This document shows, in pieces, positions 32,649 through 41,672 of a stretch of 45,368 nt of DNA. The position numbers and the translations under genes are program-made. Source of the DNA: a virus. Every line of letters starts with the position of its first letter. Position 1 is the first letter of the stretch. Under the pieces are notes generated by a model that worked only from the letters and a program-made list of their open reading frames with translations, was not told the origin of the DNA and made no database searches. The stretch is from IMG/VR virus record IMGVR_UViG_3300029471_000005; one strand, 5' to 3'.

Positions 32649-32776
32649 AAGAGTATACGCTGATTGCTGTTTGTATGCTTGCCGGGAAATATGTGGACAT
32701 ACCTATTTGGCTAAACATCTTTTTTGGCATCTCGGCAGCATGGGCGGTGCGCCAGATGAAAGCAGACTGGCAGTAG
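32645..32776 (+). CDS. Small membrane protein (43 aa)
   Basis: ATGA-coupled to the upstream gene; two hydrophobic stretches. Confidence 0.45.
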   Translation: MKEYTLIAVCMLAGKYVDIPIWLNIFFGISAAWAVRQMKADWQ

Positions 32777-32796
32777 GAAATAAGGAGGATAAGAAG

Positions 32797-33078
32797 ATGT
32801 TCGAGAAAGAGATTGATGAAATTTACGAACTTTGTAAAAGAGTTGTAAACGAAGTTCCGACAGCAAATGTGGACTTTGATTTTTCGAGCTATGGCTTGGA
32901 AGTAAGAGGGCTTAAAAGAAAAGAGGATGTTCTCCTTCCTGAAGACATTTTTAAATGGGATTTATACCAAAACATATCTTTTGACCCATTTTATGAGAAC
33001 GCAAGTCGCGAAAGCATTAGAATAATCAAAGATTTCTTGCTGGAGCTTCTGATAGATGGGAAGTGTCCAAATGAGTAA
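32797..33078 (+). CDS. Hypothetical protein (93 aa)
   Basis: AAGGAGG RBS before ATG 32797; the longer ORF-track start lacks an RBS. Confidence 0.6.
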   Translation: MFEKEIDEIYELCKRVVNEVPTANVDFDFSSYGLEVRGLKRKEDVLLPEDIFKWDLYQNISFDPFYENASRESIRIIKDFLLELLIDGKCPNE

Positions 33079-33295
33079 GCAGATAGCAATTATGAAACTT
33101 CTTCCCAGTCTGGAGATAGCAGGATGTATTAACGAATTGCTCAGAGAGCTTCAGTCCAGAGGCGATTACATTCTGGATTATGAGAACTGCGATATGTCTC
33201 TTGACCATGTGGAATACCACAAAGCCGAAGATATCGACGGAGAGAAGTTCGGAGATGCATCAGATAACCTGTATTGCTTTTTCAAGGCGGTGTAA
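33071..33295 (+). CDS. Hypothetical protein (74 aa)
   Basis: ATG 33071 overlaps the upstream gene's end; acidic protein. Confidence 0.5.
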   Translation: MSKQIAIMKLLPSLEIAGCINELLRELQSRGDYILDYENCDMSLDHVEYHKAEDIDGEKFGDASDNLYCFFKAV

Positions 33296-33297
33296 GT

Positions 33298-33474
33298 ATG
33301 AAAGAGCGCATTCAGGAAGTATTGATATTGATCGACATACAACTTGCTACAGTGCCGGATAATCCAATTGAAGAACAGTACAAGGCGAGAACATTGGCGA
33401 GCTATGTACAGGCTCTAAATGGGCTTTTAGCGGCTCAGAAAACAACTAAGGAGGGCAACAATGGAAAAGTTTGA
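33298..33474 (+). CDS. Hypothetical protein (58 aa)
   Basis: ATG 33298 just after the upstream stop. Confidence 0.5.
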   Translation: MKERIQEVLILIDIQLATVPDNPIEEQYKARTLASYVQALNGLLAAQKTTKEGNNGKV

Positions 33475-33661
33475 AATCCGTATTCCGGCGAGAAAGAAAC
33501 AGCCTGCAACTGATAAGGATAATCCGGTCGTGAAAGTATCAACAGACGCATACAACGCACTGGTTGAAATCTATAACGAATCAACCTTATCAATGAAAGA
33601 TATTGCAAGTTTGCTGATTATTGAGAGCAGCAAACATGTGGTTTATGACAAGGAGGAATAA
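33461..33661 (+). CDS. Hypothetical protein (66 aa)
   Basis: GGAGGG RBS; overlaps the upstream gene by 14 nt. Confidence 0.55.
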   Translation: MEKFEIRIPARKKQPATDKDNPVVKVSTDAYNALVEIYNESTLSMKDIASLLIIESSKHVVYDKEE

Positions 33662-33663
33662 CA

Positions 33664-34314
33664 ATGGCAACACCAGTATTGATTATTGGAAAATCTGGTT
33701 CCGGTAAAAGTACTAGTCTTAGAAACTGTCAAAACAAAAACTGGAACCTTATCAGAGTATTAAACAAGCCACTTCCATTCAAGGGGAAAATTGACGGATG
33801 GTTTACAGATGATTACCAGCAGGTAATGAAGTGCCTGATCGCATCAAAAGCAGAGTCAATTGTAATTGATGATGCAGGTTATCTTATCACGAACCACTTT
33901 ATGCGTGGACACGCTTCTGCTGGAAAAGGCAATGCGGTATTCACTCTGTACAATGATATTGGAGACTATTTCTGGAATCTTATTCAGTTCATTGTGACAA
34001 AAGTCCCTGAAAATAAAGTCGTATATCTTATGATGCACGAAGATAAGGACGATTCTGGAGATGTAAAGCCAAAGACAATAGGAAAACTTTTGGATGAAAA
34101 AGTTTGCGTGGAGGGCATGTTTACGATAGTTCTCCGTTGCATTGAAGAAAGTGGAAAGCATTTATTTGTCACTCAGGCAAGTCAGGGAGCTGTCAGCAAA
34201 TCACCGATTGGTATGTTTGATTCACTGACCATAGACAATGATCTGGCAGCAGTAGATAAGATTATTAGAGATTATTACGAATTAGGAGGAGCAGACAATG
34301 CAGAAACCAAATAG
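33664..34314 (+). CDS. P-loop ATPase (AAA_24/Sak4-like)
   Basis: Walker A GKSGSGKST; Walker B IVIDDAG; first gene of the replication/recombination block. Confidence 0.65.
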   Translation: MATPVLIIGKSGSGKSTSLRNCQNKNWNLIRVLNKPLPFKGKIDGWFTDDYQQVMKCLIASKAESIVIDDAGYLITNHFMRGHASAGKGNAVFTLYNDIGDYFWNLIQFIVTKVPENKVVYLMMHEDKDDSGDVKPKTIGKLLDEKVCVEGMFTIVLRCIEESGKHLFVTQASQGAVSKSPIGMFDSLTIDNDLAAVDKIIRDYYELGGADNAETK

Positions 34315-34909
34315 CTATGATACAACACAGGCAGCAGGAGAATTTGAACCAATTAAGCTTGGCGGTCATAAAATGGTGATTAAACAGGTGTCTGAACGTC
34401 AGTCTCAGAGCGGACTGAATATGATTGTTATCCTGTTTGATTTTGCAGATGGAGACGAGCAGGCAGGTTACTTTATGAAGCAGTTTGAGAACGATATTCG
34501 TCCAGACAAGAAATACCCGAATGCAGGCACAAACTACATGGTTATTGACGAGAGTGTAGATTATGGTGTTCGTAATCTCAAAACATTCATTACATGCGTA
34601 GAAAAGTCAAATCCGGGCTTTGCTGTTAAGTGGGGCGATAACTTCGGGCAGCAGTTCAAAGGCAAGCTGATCGGTGGCATCTTCCGTCTGGAGAAAGACT
34701 GGTACGACAATAAAGAAGTGAAACGCCACAAGCTTGCATGGTTCCGCAGCGTGGAAGGGATCAAAGATGCAGATATTCCAGAAGAGCGTACCACAAAAGC
34801 GTATGACGATCATCTGAAAGAAGAAGCTATCATGGGAGCGAATCCAGCTGGTACAGATGGATTTATGAATATCCCGGATGGAATCGATGAAGAACTTCCT
34901 TTCAATTAA
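34298..34909 (+). CDS. Putative ssDNA-binding protein (DUF669-like) with SSB-type acidic tip
   Basis: C-terminus IPDGIDEELPFN resembles the SSB D-D-D-I/L-P-F tail; follows the AAA_24-like ATPase, as DUF669 genes often do. Confidence 0.45.
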   Translation: MQKPNSYDTTQAAGEFEPIKLGGHKMVIKQVSERQSQSGLNMIVILFDFADGDEQAGYFMKQFENDIRPDKKYPNAGTNYMVIDESVDYGVRNLKTFITCVEKSNPGFAVKWGDNFGQQFKGKLIGGIFRLEKDWYDNKEVKRHKLAWFRSVEGIKDADIPEERTTKAYDDHLKEEAIMGANPAGTDGFMNIPDGIDEELPFN

Positions 34910-34920
34910 GAGGTGATTTT

Positions 34921-35502
34921 GTGAAAATTGCAGTAGATAAAAACCAGTTTTCCGGTTCACATGGAAAGTCAAATTCTGTTAAACACAAACAAATGGAAAA
35001 TATGGGGGCGATTCTTGTCCCTGTACCACTTCCATTTGGCGATTACTGTAAGATTACAGATGAGATTCAATCTATTATTGACAGCAAAAAGAAAGTATGT
35101 AAAAAGGATCTGGAAACAGTTATTCCATTATCTATAGATACAAAAAAAGACCTTCAAGAGTTATATGGAAATGTATGCGCTCAACATGAGAGATTTAAAA
35201 GAGAGCTGTTAAAGCCTATTGACAATAAATCAAAGCTAGTCATTCTTTGCGAACACGGCGAGGATGTAAAGTGCCTTGAAGATGTGTATTTTTTTTACCA
35301 GCCAGAAATGGAGCGGTTTCGTTGGAGAACAAAAAACATCAATGGGAGAACAATACGAATGAAAGAAAAATATATTCAGAAAGAAATTAAAGGAGTTTCT
35401 CTGTTTCGCTCCCTTTGCACTATCAGAGACCGATATAACGTCCAGTTTGAATTCTGTACAAAAGAAGAGACTGGACGGCGAATCGTGGAGTTGCTGACAT
35501 GA
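34921..35502 (+). CDS. Hypothetical protein, possible restriction-endonuclease-fold/ERCC4-like nuclease
   Basis: GTG start with GAGGTGA RBS; FGDY...SIDTKKDL...ILCEH spacing is loosely like nuclease motifs. Confidence 0.3.
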   Translation: MKIAVDKNQFSGSHGKSNSVKHKQMENMGAILVPVPLPFGDYCKITDEIQSIIDSKKKVCKKDLETVIPLSIDTKKDLQELYGNVCAQHERFKRELLKPIDNKSKLVILCEHGEDVKCLEDVYFFYQPEMERFRWRTKNINGRTIRMKEKYIQKEIKGVSLFRSLCTIRDRYNVQFEFCTKEETGRRIVELLT

Positions 35503-35987
35503 CGAAAGAAGAAATTAAGCAGCAGAACAGCATGAGAGATGTTCTTGCTAGATACGGAATGATTCCGAACAGAGCTGGCTTTATCAGTTGCCCATTCCAT
35601 AATGAAAAGTCAGCTTCGTGTAAGATATACGATGATTCCTTTTACTGTTTCGGCTGTGGATCGGTCGGAGATATTTTTACTTTCGTTCAGAATATGGATA
35701 ATTGCGATTTTAAGACAGCTTTTCAGATTCTTGGTGGAACATACCATAAACCTGATTTTTCGTCCAGAATGGCAATATATCACGCTCAGAAGCAAAAAGA
35801 AATGAGAGAGAAAGCAGAACGGAAGAAGAATGAAGAATTGCAGGAATGTTTGTCCGATATTGATTTTTACAGGTCTATTCTTGGCAGAGCAAGGCCATTA
35901 TCAGATGGCTGGTGTGAAGCATGGAACAAATTACAGCTTGCATTATATAAGCATGGATTTCTAATAGGATTGGAAGAAGGTGATTAA
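35499..35987 (+). CDS. CHC2 zinc-finger protein (primase zinc-binding domain only)
   Basis: CPFHNEKSASCKIYDDSFYCFGCGSVGD. Confidence 0.7.
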   Translation: MTKEEIKQQNSMRDVLARYGMIPNRAGFISCPFHNEKSASCKIYDDSFYCFGCGSVGDIFTFVQNMDNCDFKTAFQILGGTYHKPDFSSRMAIYHAQKQKEMREKAERKKNEELQECLSDIDFYRSILGRARPLSDGWCEAWNKLQLALYKHGFLIGLEEGD

Positions 35988-35992
35988 AGAAA

Positions 35993-37894
35993 ATGGAACA
36001 GATTAACAAGCTCACATCAGAATCAATTCTGGAAGAAGAAGTGTTTAATGAGATATTCAAGCAAGAAGATGAGATTTACAAGGCACGTTTGACATTGACT
36101 CTTCTGGACAGAGCGAAAGAGCTTGGAGTTAAGAAGAAATTTGAGGATCTGTTAAAAGTCTACACAAAAGTACATAAGCAGATCCTTGAGAAAGAAAAGC
36201 AAGAGAAACCTGTATCCGCATTAAATCAATGGACAAATTTCTCTGATTGCGAATATGACCGCATGAAATGTCTTAACTGGATGGCAGATGATGAGGGAAT
36301 CAGGATTTCAAATACAAATCCAGGATCACCGGATATTATAGCTTGTTATCACCCTATTCTTCCAATCGAACGAATGAAGAATCTGGAGACTGGAGAAGAG
36401 CAGATTAAGCTTGCATATAAGCGAAACGGTAAATGGTCTGAAATTATCGTTCCAAAGACAATGATTACATCCGCGACTAAAATCGTAGGGCTGTCAGCGT
36501 TGGGAATTTCAGTCACTTCGGAAAATGCGAAGTATCTGGTCCGGTATCTGTCGGACGTGGAAAATGCCAATGATGATTATATCAACATCCAATATTCTTC
36601 CAGTAAAATCGGGTGGATTCGAGATTATTTCCTGCCTTACGACAAGGATATCGTATTTGATGGCGATATGAGATTTCGTCAGTTATACGAAAGTATCAGT
36701 GTAGGTGGCAGCAGAGTAGAGTGGTATGAACATGTAAAAAAGGTTCGTGCTACTGGAAGAATCGAACCAAAAATCATGTTGGCTGCAAGTTTTGCAAGCA
36801 TTCTAATTAAACTGGTCGGTGCTCTTCCATTCTTTGTGGACTTATGGGGCGAAACCGAGGGCGGTAAGACTGTAACGCTTATGTTGGGGGCTTCTGTCTG
36901 GGCGAATCCAGGTGAATCTAGGTACATAGGAGACTTTAAAACAACCGATGTGGCCCTGGAAGCAAAATCCGATATGCTCAACAACTTACCGCTAATTCTG
37001 GACGATACTTCCAAGGTATCTGCCAAGATTAGGGATAACTTTGAAGGGATTGTATACGATTTATGCTCAGGAAAAGGAAAGAGCCGCTCCAACAAGGAAC
37101 TGGGAGTGAACCGGGAGAACCGCTGGCAGAACTGCGTTCTGACCAATGGTGAGCGTCCACTTGCAGGATATGTCAGCCAAGGCGGAGCAATTAACCGAAT
37201 TATTGAGGTTGAGTGTTCCGAAAAGATATTTGATGATCCACAGCTTACCGCAGATACCCTTAAAAAGAACTACGGGTACGCAGGAATCGATTTTGTAAAT
37301 GTAGTTAAGGAAATGTCCATTGATGATATAAAAGCCCTGCAAAAGCACTATCAGGGGCTTATACAGGACGATGACAAGATGCAGAAGCAAAGCATATCAA
37401 TGAGCATTATCCTGGTAGCGGATAAAGTCGCAACAGATCAGCTGTTTCATGATGGCCAGTACATTGACATTGAGACGGCTAAGAATCTTCTGACAGAGAA
37501 AGAAATGGTATCTGAAAACGAACGCGCTTACTGGTTCGTGCTTGATAAGATTGCCATGAACGGAATTAAATTTGATGATAACCCAGATATCAAGACAGAA
37601 AGATGGGGAATTATCGACAATGATCCGGTAGAAAAAACGTCAACTGCAATAATCTATAGCGCAGCGTTTGATGATTTATGCAAAATCGGAAGATTCTCCA
37701 GAAAAGCATTTTTGTCATGGGCTGTCAAGAAAGGACTTGTGGAAACCGACAGCAGAGGATATCCGACCAAAGCAAAAAAACTTGACGGAATTGTCACCAA
37801 ATGTGTGTTCTTGAAAATTGTAGATGAAATTCCAAAAGGTTTTGTGAATTGTAATGATGATTTTGAGATTACAGACGATATTGTGTTTGATTAA
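35993..37894 (+). CDS. Primase-helicase-like replication protein (DUF927/SF3-type P-loop)
   Basis: 633 aa; Walker A GETEGGKTV; Walker B LPLILDDTS; followed by the iteron region. Confidence 0.65.
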   Translation: MEQINKLTSESILEEEVFNEIFKQEDEIYKARLTLTLLDRAKELGVKKKFEDLLKVYTKVHKQILEKEKQEKPVSALNQWTNFSDCEYDRMKCLNWMADDEGIRISNTNPGSPDIIACYHPILPIERMKNLETGEEQIKLAYKRNGKWSEIIVPKTMITSATKIVGLSALGISVTSENAKYLVRYLSDVENANDDYINIQYSSSKIGWIRDYFLPYDKDIVFDGDMRFRQLYESISVGGSRVEWYEHVKKVRATGRIEPKIMLAASFASILIKLVGALPFFVDLWGETEGGKTVTLMLGASVWANPGESRYIGDFKTTDVALEAKSDMLNNLPLILDDTSKVSAKIRDNFEGIVYDLCSGKGKSRSNKELGVNRENRWQNCVLTNGERPLAGYVSQGGAINRIIEVECSEKIFDDPQLTADTLKKNYGYAGIDFVNVVKEMSIDDIKALQKHYQGLIQDDDKMQKQSISMSIILVADKVATDQLFHDGQYIDIETAKNLLTEKEMVSENERAYWFVLDKIAMNGIKFDDNPDIKTERWGIIDNDPVEKTSTAIIYSAAFDDLCKIGRFSRKAFLSWAVKKGLVETDSRGYPTKAKKLDGIVTKCVFLKIVDEIPKGFVNCNDDFEITDDIVFD

Positions 37895-37912
37895 CAAACA
37901 ATTCGTCCAAAA

Positions 37913-38150
37913 GGTAACCGGGTAACCTAGGTAACCTTTGATTCTGCATATATATATTTAAGTATTTATATGCACATATTGAGTATAAAAGTTTCCCTAT
38001 ATGAGAAAGTCAGGGTTACTCGGTTACTCGGTTACCTACCTGTAAAATCAATGGTTTACACGAATTAGTACGGTTACTTTACGGTTAACAAAGGTTACTT
38101 ATATTAAAATAATATAAATATATTATATTTATAAAATAAAATTAAATAGA
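37913..38150. other. Putative origin of replication (GGTWACC iterons plus AT-rich unwinding region)
   Basis: GGTAACC at 37913, 37921 and 37930; GGTTAC(C) at 38014, 38022, 38030, 38072 and 38093, plus GGTTAAC at 38083; inverted repeat TGCATATA/TATATGCA; ~50 bp of almost pure A/T at 38099-38150. Confidence 0.65.
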
Positions 38151-38186
38151 GCGTATACAGTATATTGTATACAATATTCAAAGGAG

Positions 38187-38450
38187 ATGATAAAAATAAA
38201 AGTAGAAGCAAAGGATATTCCGTATATTCAAAAATTTATGACTGAATTTTGGAAAGCTATAAAAGATTTCTATTCAGCCGAACTTACAGATGAATATTCC
38301 AAGCAGGCTACTGATCGTCTGATAGAGCTTGGAGAGTATGCGGAAATGTGTCCTGATGATAATGATAAACAGTTTATCAAGAATTGTCTAGTTGCTTTTA
38401 ATAAGCTGTTAGATTCTAAACAGAGGAAAGTGATGCAGAAAGAGATATAG
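38187..38450 (+). CDS. Hypothetical protein (87 aa)
   Basis: AAGGAG RBS; first gene after the origin region. Confidence 0.6.
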   Translation: MIKIKVEAKDIPYIQKFMTEFWKAIKDFYSAELTDEYSKQATDRLIELGEYAEMCPDDNDKQFIKNCLVAFNKLLDSKQRKVMQKEI

Positions 38451-38540
38451 GGCGTTGCTGAAGATGATGTTCTGGTGCAGATCGCAAGACCAAGACTGGA
38501 TGTTGATTTGAATTTATGTTCATTTTGAAAGGAGTATCAA

Positions 38541-38729
38541 ATGATTGATTGCAAAGGAAACAAGTTAAACATTGGTGACGAGGTTGTATATATTCACGGC
38601 AAAAACTCAGATTCCCGATTACAGACCGGATTCATAACAAAATTTTATAAAAGTTATTATGGGCGTGATGAATGTAGCGTAGGAAAAGCGACTCATATTT
38701 TAAGCCATAGAGTAATGAAGCTCAGTTAA
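38541..38729 (+). CDS. Hypothetical protein (62 aa)
   Basis: AAGGAG RBS. Confidence 0.55.
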   Translation: MIDCKGNKLNIGDEVVYIHGKNSDSRLQTGFITKFYKSYYGRDECSVGKATHILSHRVMKLS

Positions 38730-38743
38730 AAGGAGAAAGAAAC

Positions 38744-39001
38744 ATGAAACTGTATGACGTATATGACGGTTCAAAGTACATCGGGGAGCTGACGCTTGCT
38801 GAAATATCGGAATTGACAGGAAAGACAAGAAGCCAGATATCGCAGGCAATCAGCGGGGCATATGACATTAACGGAAGATATGCGGCCATATATGAGGGAC
38901 AGCAAACAATCGCATACTCAAACAAGAATGATCGAAGGATGTTGATGGAATTTGATGCTCTGGCAGGCAAAATAAGGAGGGCAGCCGGATGGGAAAGTTA
39001 A
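38744..39001 (+). CDS. Small HTH protein (85 aa)
   Basis: LTLAEISELTGKTRSQISQAISG is HTH-like; AAGGAG RBS. Confidence 0.5.
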   Translation: MKLYDVYDGSKYIGELTLAEISELTGKTRSQISQAISGAYDINGRYAAIYEGQQTIAYSNKNDRRMLMEFDALAGKIRRAAGWES

Positions 39002-39369
39002 AAATCAAGCAGAAAAAGAAAGCATTCATTCCGTATACGAATCAGCAGGCTCATATATTTGCGCAGTCTATCCAGAACTGCCAGAAAGAGTTAAAAGAGA
39101 TGGAGCTGAAAGCCTTTGATGATGGGTTCGAGGATGGAAAGAACTGGTCTGACGTGCTGAATTTTGTGATTTTGTTTTATGTAATGCACGAATTGCACGG
39201 ATGGGGATGGAAACGTTACATGAAATCCGTAAAAAGAATTAATAACTACATCAATGATATTAATTCTGGAAAAACATCATTGTCTGAAATGGTTGATGAT
39301 TTGGAAAAGAAGCATCACATTCGGATTTGTGATGATTATAAGGAGTTAATCAAGAGATATGGAGCGTAA
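38989..39369 (+). CDS. Hypothetical protein (126 aa)
   Basis: Overlaps the upstream gene; same strand. Confidence 0.55.
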   Translation: MGKLKIKQKKKAFIPYTNQQAHIFAQSIQNCQKELKEMELKAFDDGFEDGKNWSDVLNFVILFYVMHELHGWGWKRYMKSVKRINNYINDINSGKTSLSEMVDDLEKKHHIRICDDYKELIKRYGA

Positions 39370-39439
39370 AGCTGCGCCGATGATTTATATGCAGAATAAC
39401 GGACAGGTAGCATTTGACTAAATGAAAGTAGGACGAGAA

Positions 39440-39835
39440 ATGAAAATTAAATTAAAAGAAATCAGCAGAGACGATTTAAAGGTAGGAGATACCGTTGGAA
39501 TTGCCAGAACGGTGAATTGCGGGTGGTTATCGACGTTCCGACATAGAAAAATTATTCCGGTTAAGATTACAAGAATTACTCCAAAAAGAACCAAGATCGA
39601 AACAGATATATATGAAGAACATGGAAAAGGCGAAAAGTTTTACGAATACGATGAAAATGCCAGAAAAGAAAATGAACTTGCGGAAAAGTTTGTTCTGGTA
39701 AAAGATATGGAGTTTGAACTTAACCAGTTTGAAAACAAATATGGGCTGAAACGGATGGATGACGAAGATATTCTCGAGATGGCTGATTACGTAGAAAAGA
39801 TAATGAAAATTTTAGGCAAATACAGAAAGAAATAA
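39440..39835 (+). CDS. Hypothetical protein (131 aa)
   Basis: AGGA lies 6 nt before ATG 39440; the upstream ATG 39422 lacks an RBS. Confidence 0.55.
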   Translation: MKIKLKEISRDDLKVGDTVGIARTVNCGWLSTFRHRKIIPVKITRITPKRTKIETDIYEEHGKGEKFYEYDENARKENELAEKFVLVKDMEFELNQFENKYGLKRMDDEDILEMADYVEKIMKILGKYRKK

Positions 39836-39962
39836 CGAATCCTCGGTAAACCGAGGCCATATCAAGATTAGCATGGTGAATTGATACGTAAATAAATACA
39901 GAAATCATGGAGGACTGCACAATAGCGTGCCAGTTGCTTACATGGGGAAAGTGAGGATGAAA

Positions 39963-40148
39963 ATGGATTATAAATACTGTAGATGTGGATGCGGTGGAAT
40001 TATAGGACAATACAGTAAAGTGAAAGGATTCACCTGTGAAAGATGCAATAAAGAGTATCAATTATCAGAGCTAAAATTCGATTGGATTGCATCGAACGAA
40101 AAGACCGGATGGCTATTTCCGATGTTGAAAAAGGAGGACGCAAAGTGA
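39963..40148 (+). CDS. Small zinc-ribbon protein (61 aa)
   Basis: CRCGCGG...CERCNKEY; GAGG lies 6 nt before ATG 39963. Confidence 0.5.
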   Translation: MDYKYCRCGCGGIIGQYSKVKGFTCERCNKEYQLSELKFDWIASNEKTGWLFPMLKKEDAK

Positions 40149-40432
40149 AATTCAAAAGTAACGCAAAATATAACGAAGAACCTAAAACCGGAAGTATTTT
40201 CGCCTTGGAATACAATTCTTTAAAAATCGTTATTCACAAATACGTTGGCTATGGAGATACGCTGTTCCTTAACTGTAACACATTGGGTATTTACAACTAC
40301 AATCTTGGAACAGAGGATTTTGAGGAAGCTGTCAGAAAGGCGAAAGAAGTTGTCATGCGTGAAGCTAAGAAAATCAGAGAAGATGCTTACAGATTCTGCG
40401 CAGACGGCAAAATTGAATTTGATAGATATTAG
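40145..40432 (+). CDS. Hypothetical protein (95 aa, GTG start)
   Basis: AGGAGGACGCAAAGTG context; GTG overlaps the upstream TGA. Confidence 0.5.
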   Translation: MKFKSNAKYNEEPKTGSIFALEYNSLKIVIHKYVGYGDTLFLNCNTLGIYNYNLGTEDFEEAVRKAKEVVMREAKKIREDAYRFCADGKIEFDRY

Positions 40433-40443
40433 GAGGACACAAA

Positions 40444-40743
40444 ATGAAATTATTTAAAACAGTAGATGAGAAATTAGCAAAAATTGGATTTACAAAAGAA
40501 AAAGAAGATAAGTATGGGTGTGTATATAAAAGAAAAGATAAGGAATATAATTTTACACAAAAAGTTGCTATTGTACACAAAAAATCTGGTAGACATATTT
40601 TACAGTCATATGATCCAGATTTAGGAGATGATGAAGGAATTGGAAATACTTGTGTTGGTCTTACAGGATATGAAATGAAACTGTTTATTAAAAAGATGAA
40701 GCAGTTAAAAATGTATGCGGGTAAGGAGGACACAAAATGTTAA
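40444..40743 (+). CDS. Hypothetical protein (99 aa)
   Basis: AGGAGGACACAAAATG context. Confidence 0.6.
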   Translation: MKLFKTVDEKLAKIGFTKEKEDKYGCVYKRKDKEYNFTQKVAIVHKKSGRHILQSYDPDLGDDEGIGNTCVGLTGYEMKLFIKKMKQLKMYAGKEDTKC

Positions 40744-40988
40744 TCAGAAGTCAGGATAAAACAGCACTGGTAAAGTTTGAAAACATTGTAGTCAATCTAA
40801 AACTCCCAGATTCATTGAATGTTATATGTTGGAGTTGGCAGGATGCACAGAGAAGTGGAGGATATTTTATTTTAGGAAAATACTCCACAAAAGAAAAAGC
40901 CATGAAAGTACTGGATATGATTCAGGAAGCCTATGTAAATGGACATATTGATTATCAGATGCCAGAGGACAGTGAGGTGGTTGTATGA
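40737..40988 (+). CDS. Hypothetical protein (83 aa)
   Basis: Identical AGGAGGACACAAAATG context. Confidence 0.6.
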   Translation: MLIRSQDKTALVKFENIVVNLKLPDSLNVICWSWQDAQRSGGYFILGKYSTKEKAMKVLDMIQEAYVNGHIDYQMPEDSEVVV

Positions 40989-41086
40989 TTACATTCTTAT
41001 TAGGATTCACCCTTGGAACCATATTCGGAGTGGCTGGTCTTGTATGTGTGGCGATCATGTACGACAAGCACCACCCAGACGATTAG
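40985..41086 (+). CDS. Small hydrophobic peptide (33 aa)
   Basis: ATGA-coupled; GAGGTGG RBS; MITFLLGFTLGTIFGVAGLVCVAIMYDKHHPDD; too short for the ORF track. Confidence 0.45.
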   Translation: MITFLLGFTLGTIFGVAGLVCVAIMYDKHHPDD

Positions 41087-41099
41087 AAAGGAGAACGGT

Positions 41100-41414
41100 A
41101 TGCTGACAAGGAACAAAAAGCTGAAAGACTACGGTATTCCGGCAGAAGACATTGAAAAACTGAATGCGATGCTGAAAGACTTTCCGGCAGAGTACGGATA
41201 CCTGCTTTCCAGTGCCGCCTTGTCAGCTTGCCCGAAAAACACGGTGATAGCAGATATGGTTATTGAGAATATCTTGCACCGGAAAAGTTACAGGAAAATC
41301 AGCAGAGAAAGATATATCCCGATGAATCCGAAGGACTTTTACGGATACAGACGCAAGACCGTCGCTGTACTGTATGAGAGGATGCGGTTGTTGGGAATGT
41401 GGGAGGATGAATAA
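41100..41414 (+). CDS. Putative regulator, paralog A (104 aa)
   Basis: AAGGAG RBS; shares LxDYGxPxxDI...DFYGYxRxT with 44785-45081. Confidence 0.45.
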   Translation: MLTRNKKLKDYGIPAEDIEKLNAMLKDFPAEYGYLLSSAALSACPKNTVIADMVIENILHRKSYRKISRERYIPMNPKDFYGYRRKTVAVLYERMRLLGMWEDE

Positions 41415-41672
41415 ATGCGTTTAATTGATGCAGACAAAATAATTGACTCTCTTGGAAATTCGGATATGGATTTTGCAATAGGTGCAGTTATTGACGAACA
41501 GCCGACAGTTTTTGATGTAGATAAGGTTGTGGAGCGGTTAGAAGAAGAAAAGAAGAGAGCATTTAAACTATGTTTGGGAACTAATGACAGCACGCAAAGG
41601 CTGAAATACATTGAAAAAGAACAGACGATAGCTTTAGCAATCGAAATTGTAAAAGGTGGTGGAGTTGAATGA
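41415..41672 (+). CDS. Hypothetical protein (85 aa)
   Basis: Starts 1 nt after the upstream stop. Confidence 0.55.
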   Translation: MRLIDADKIIDSLGNSDMDFAIGAVIDEQPTVFDVDKVVERLEEEKKRAFKLCLGTNDSTQRLKYIEKEQTIALAIEIVKGGGVE

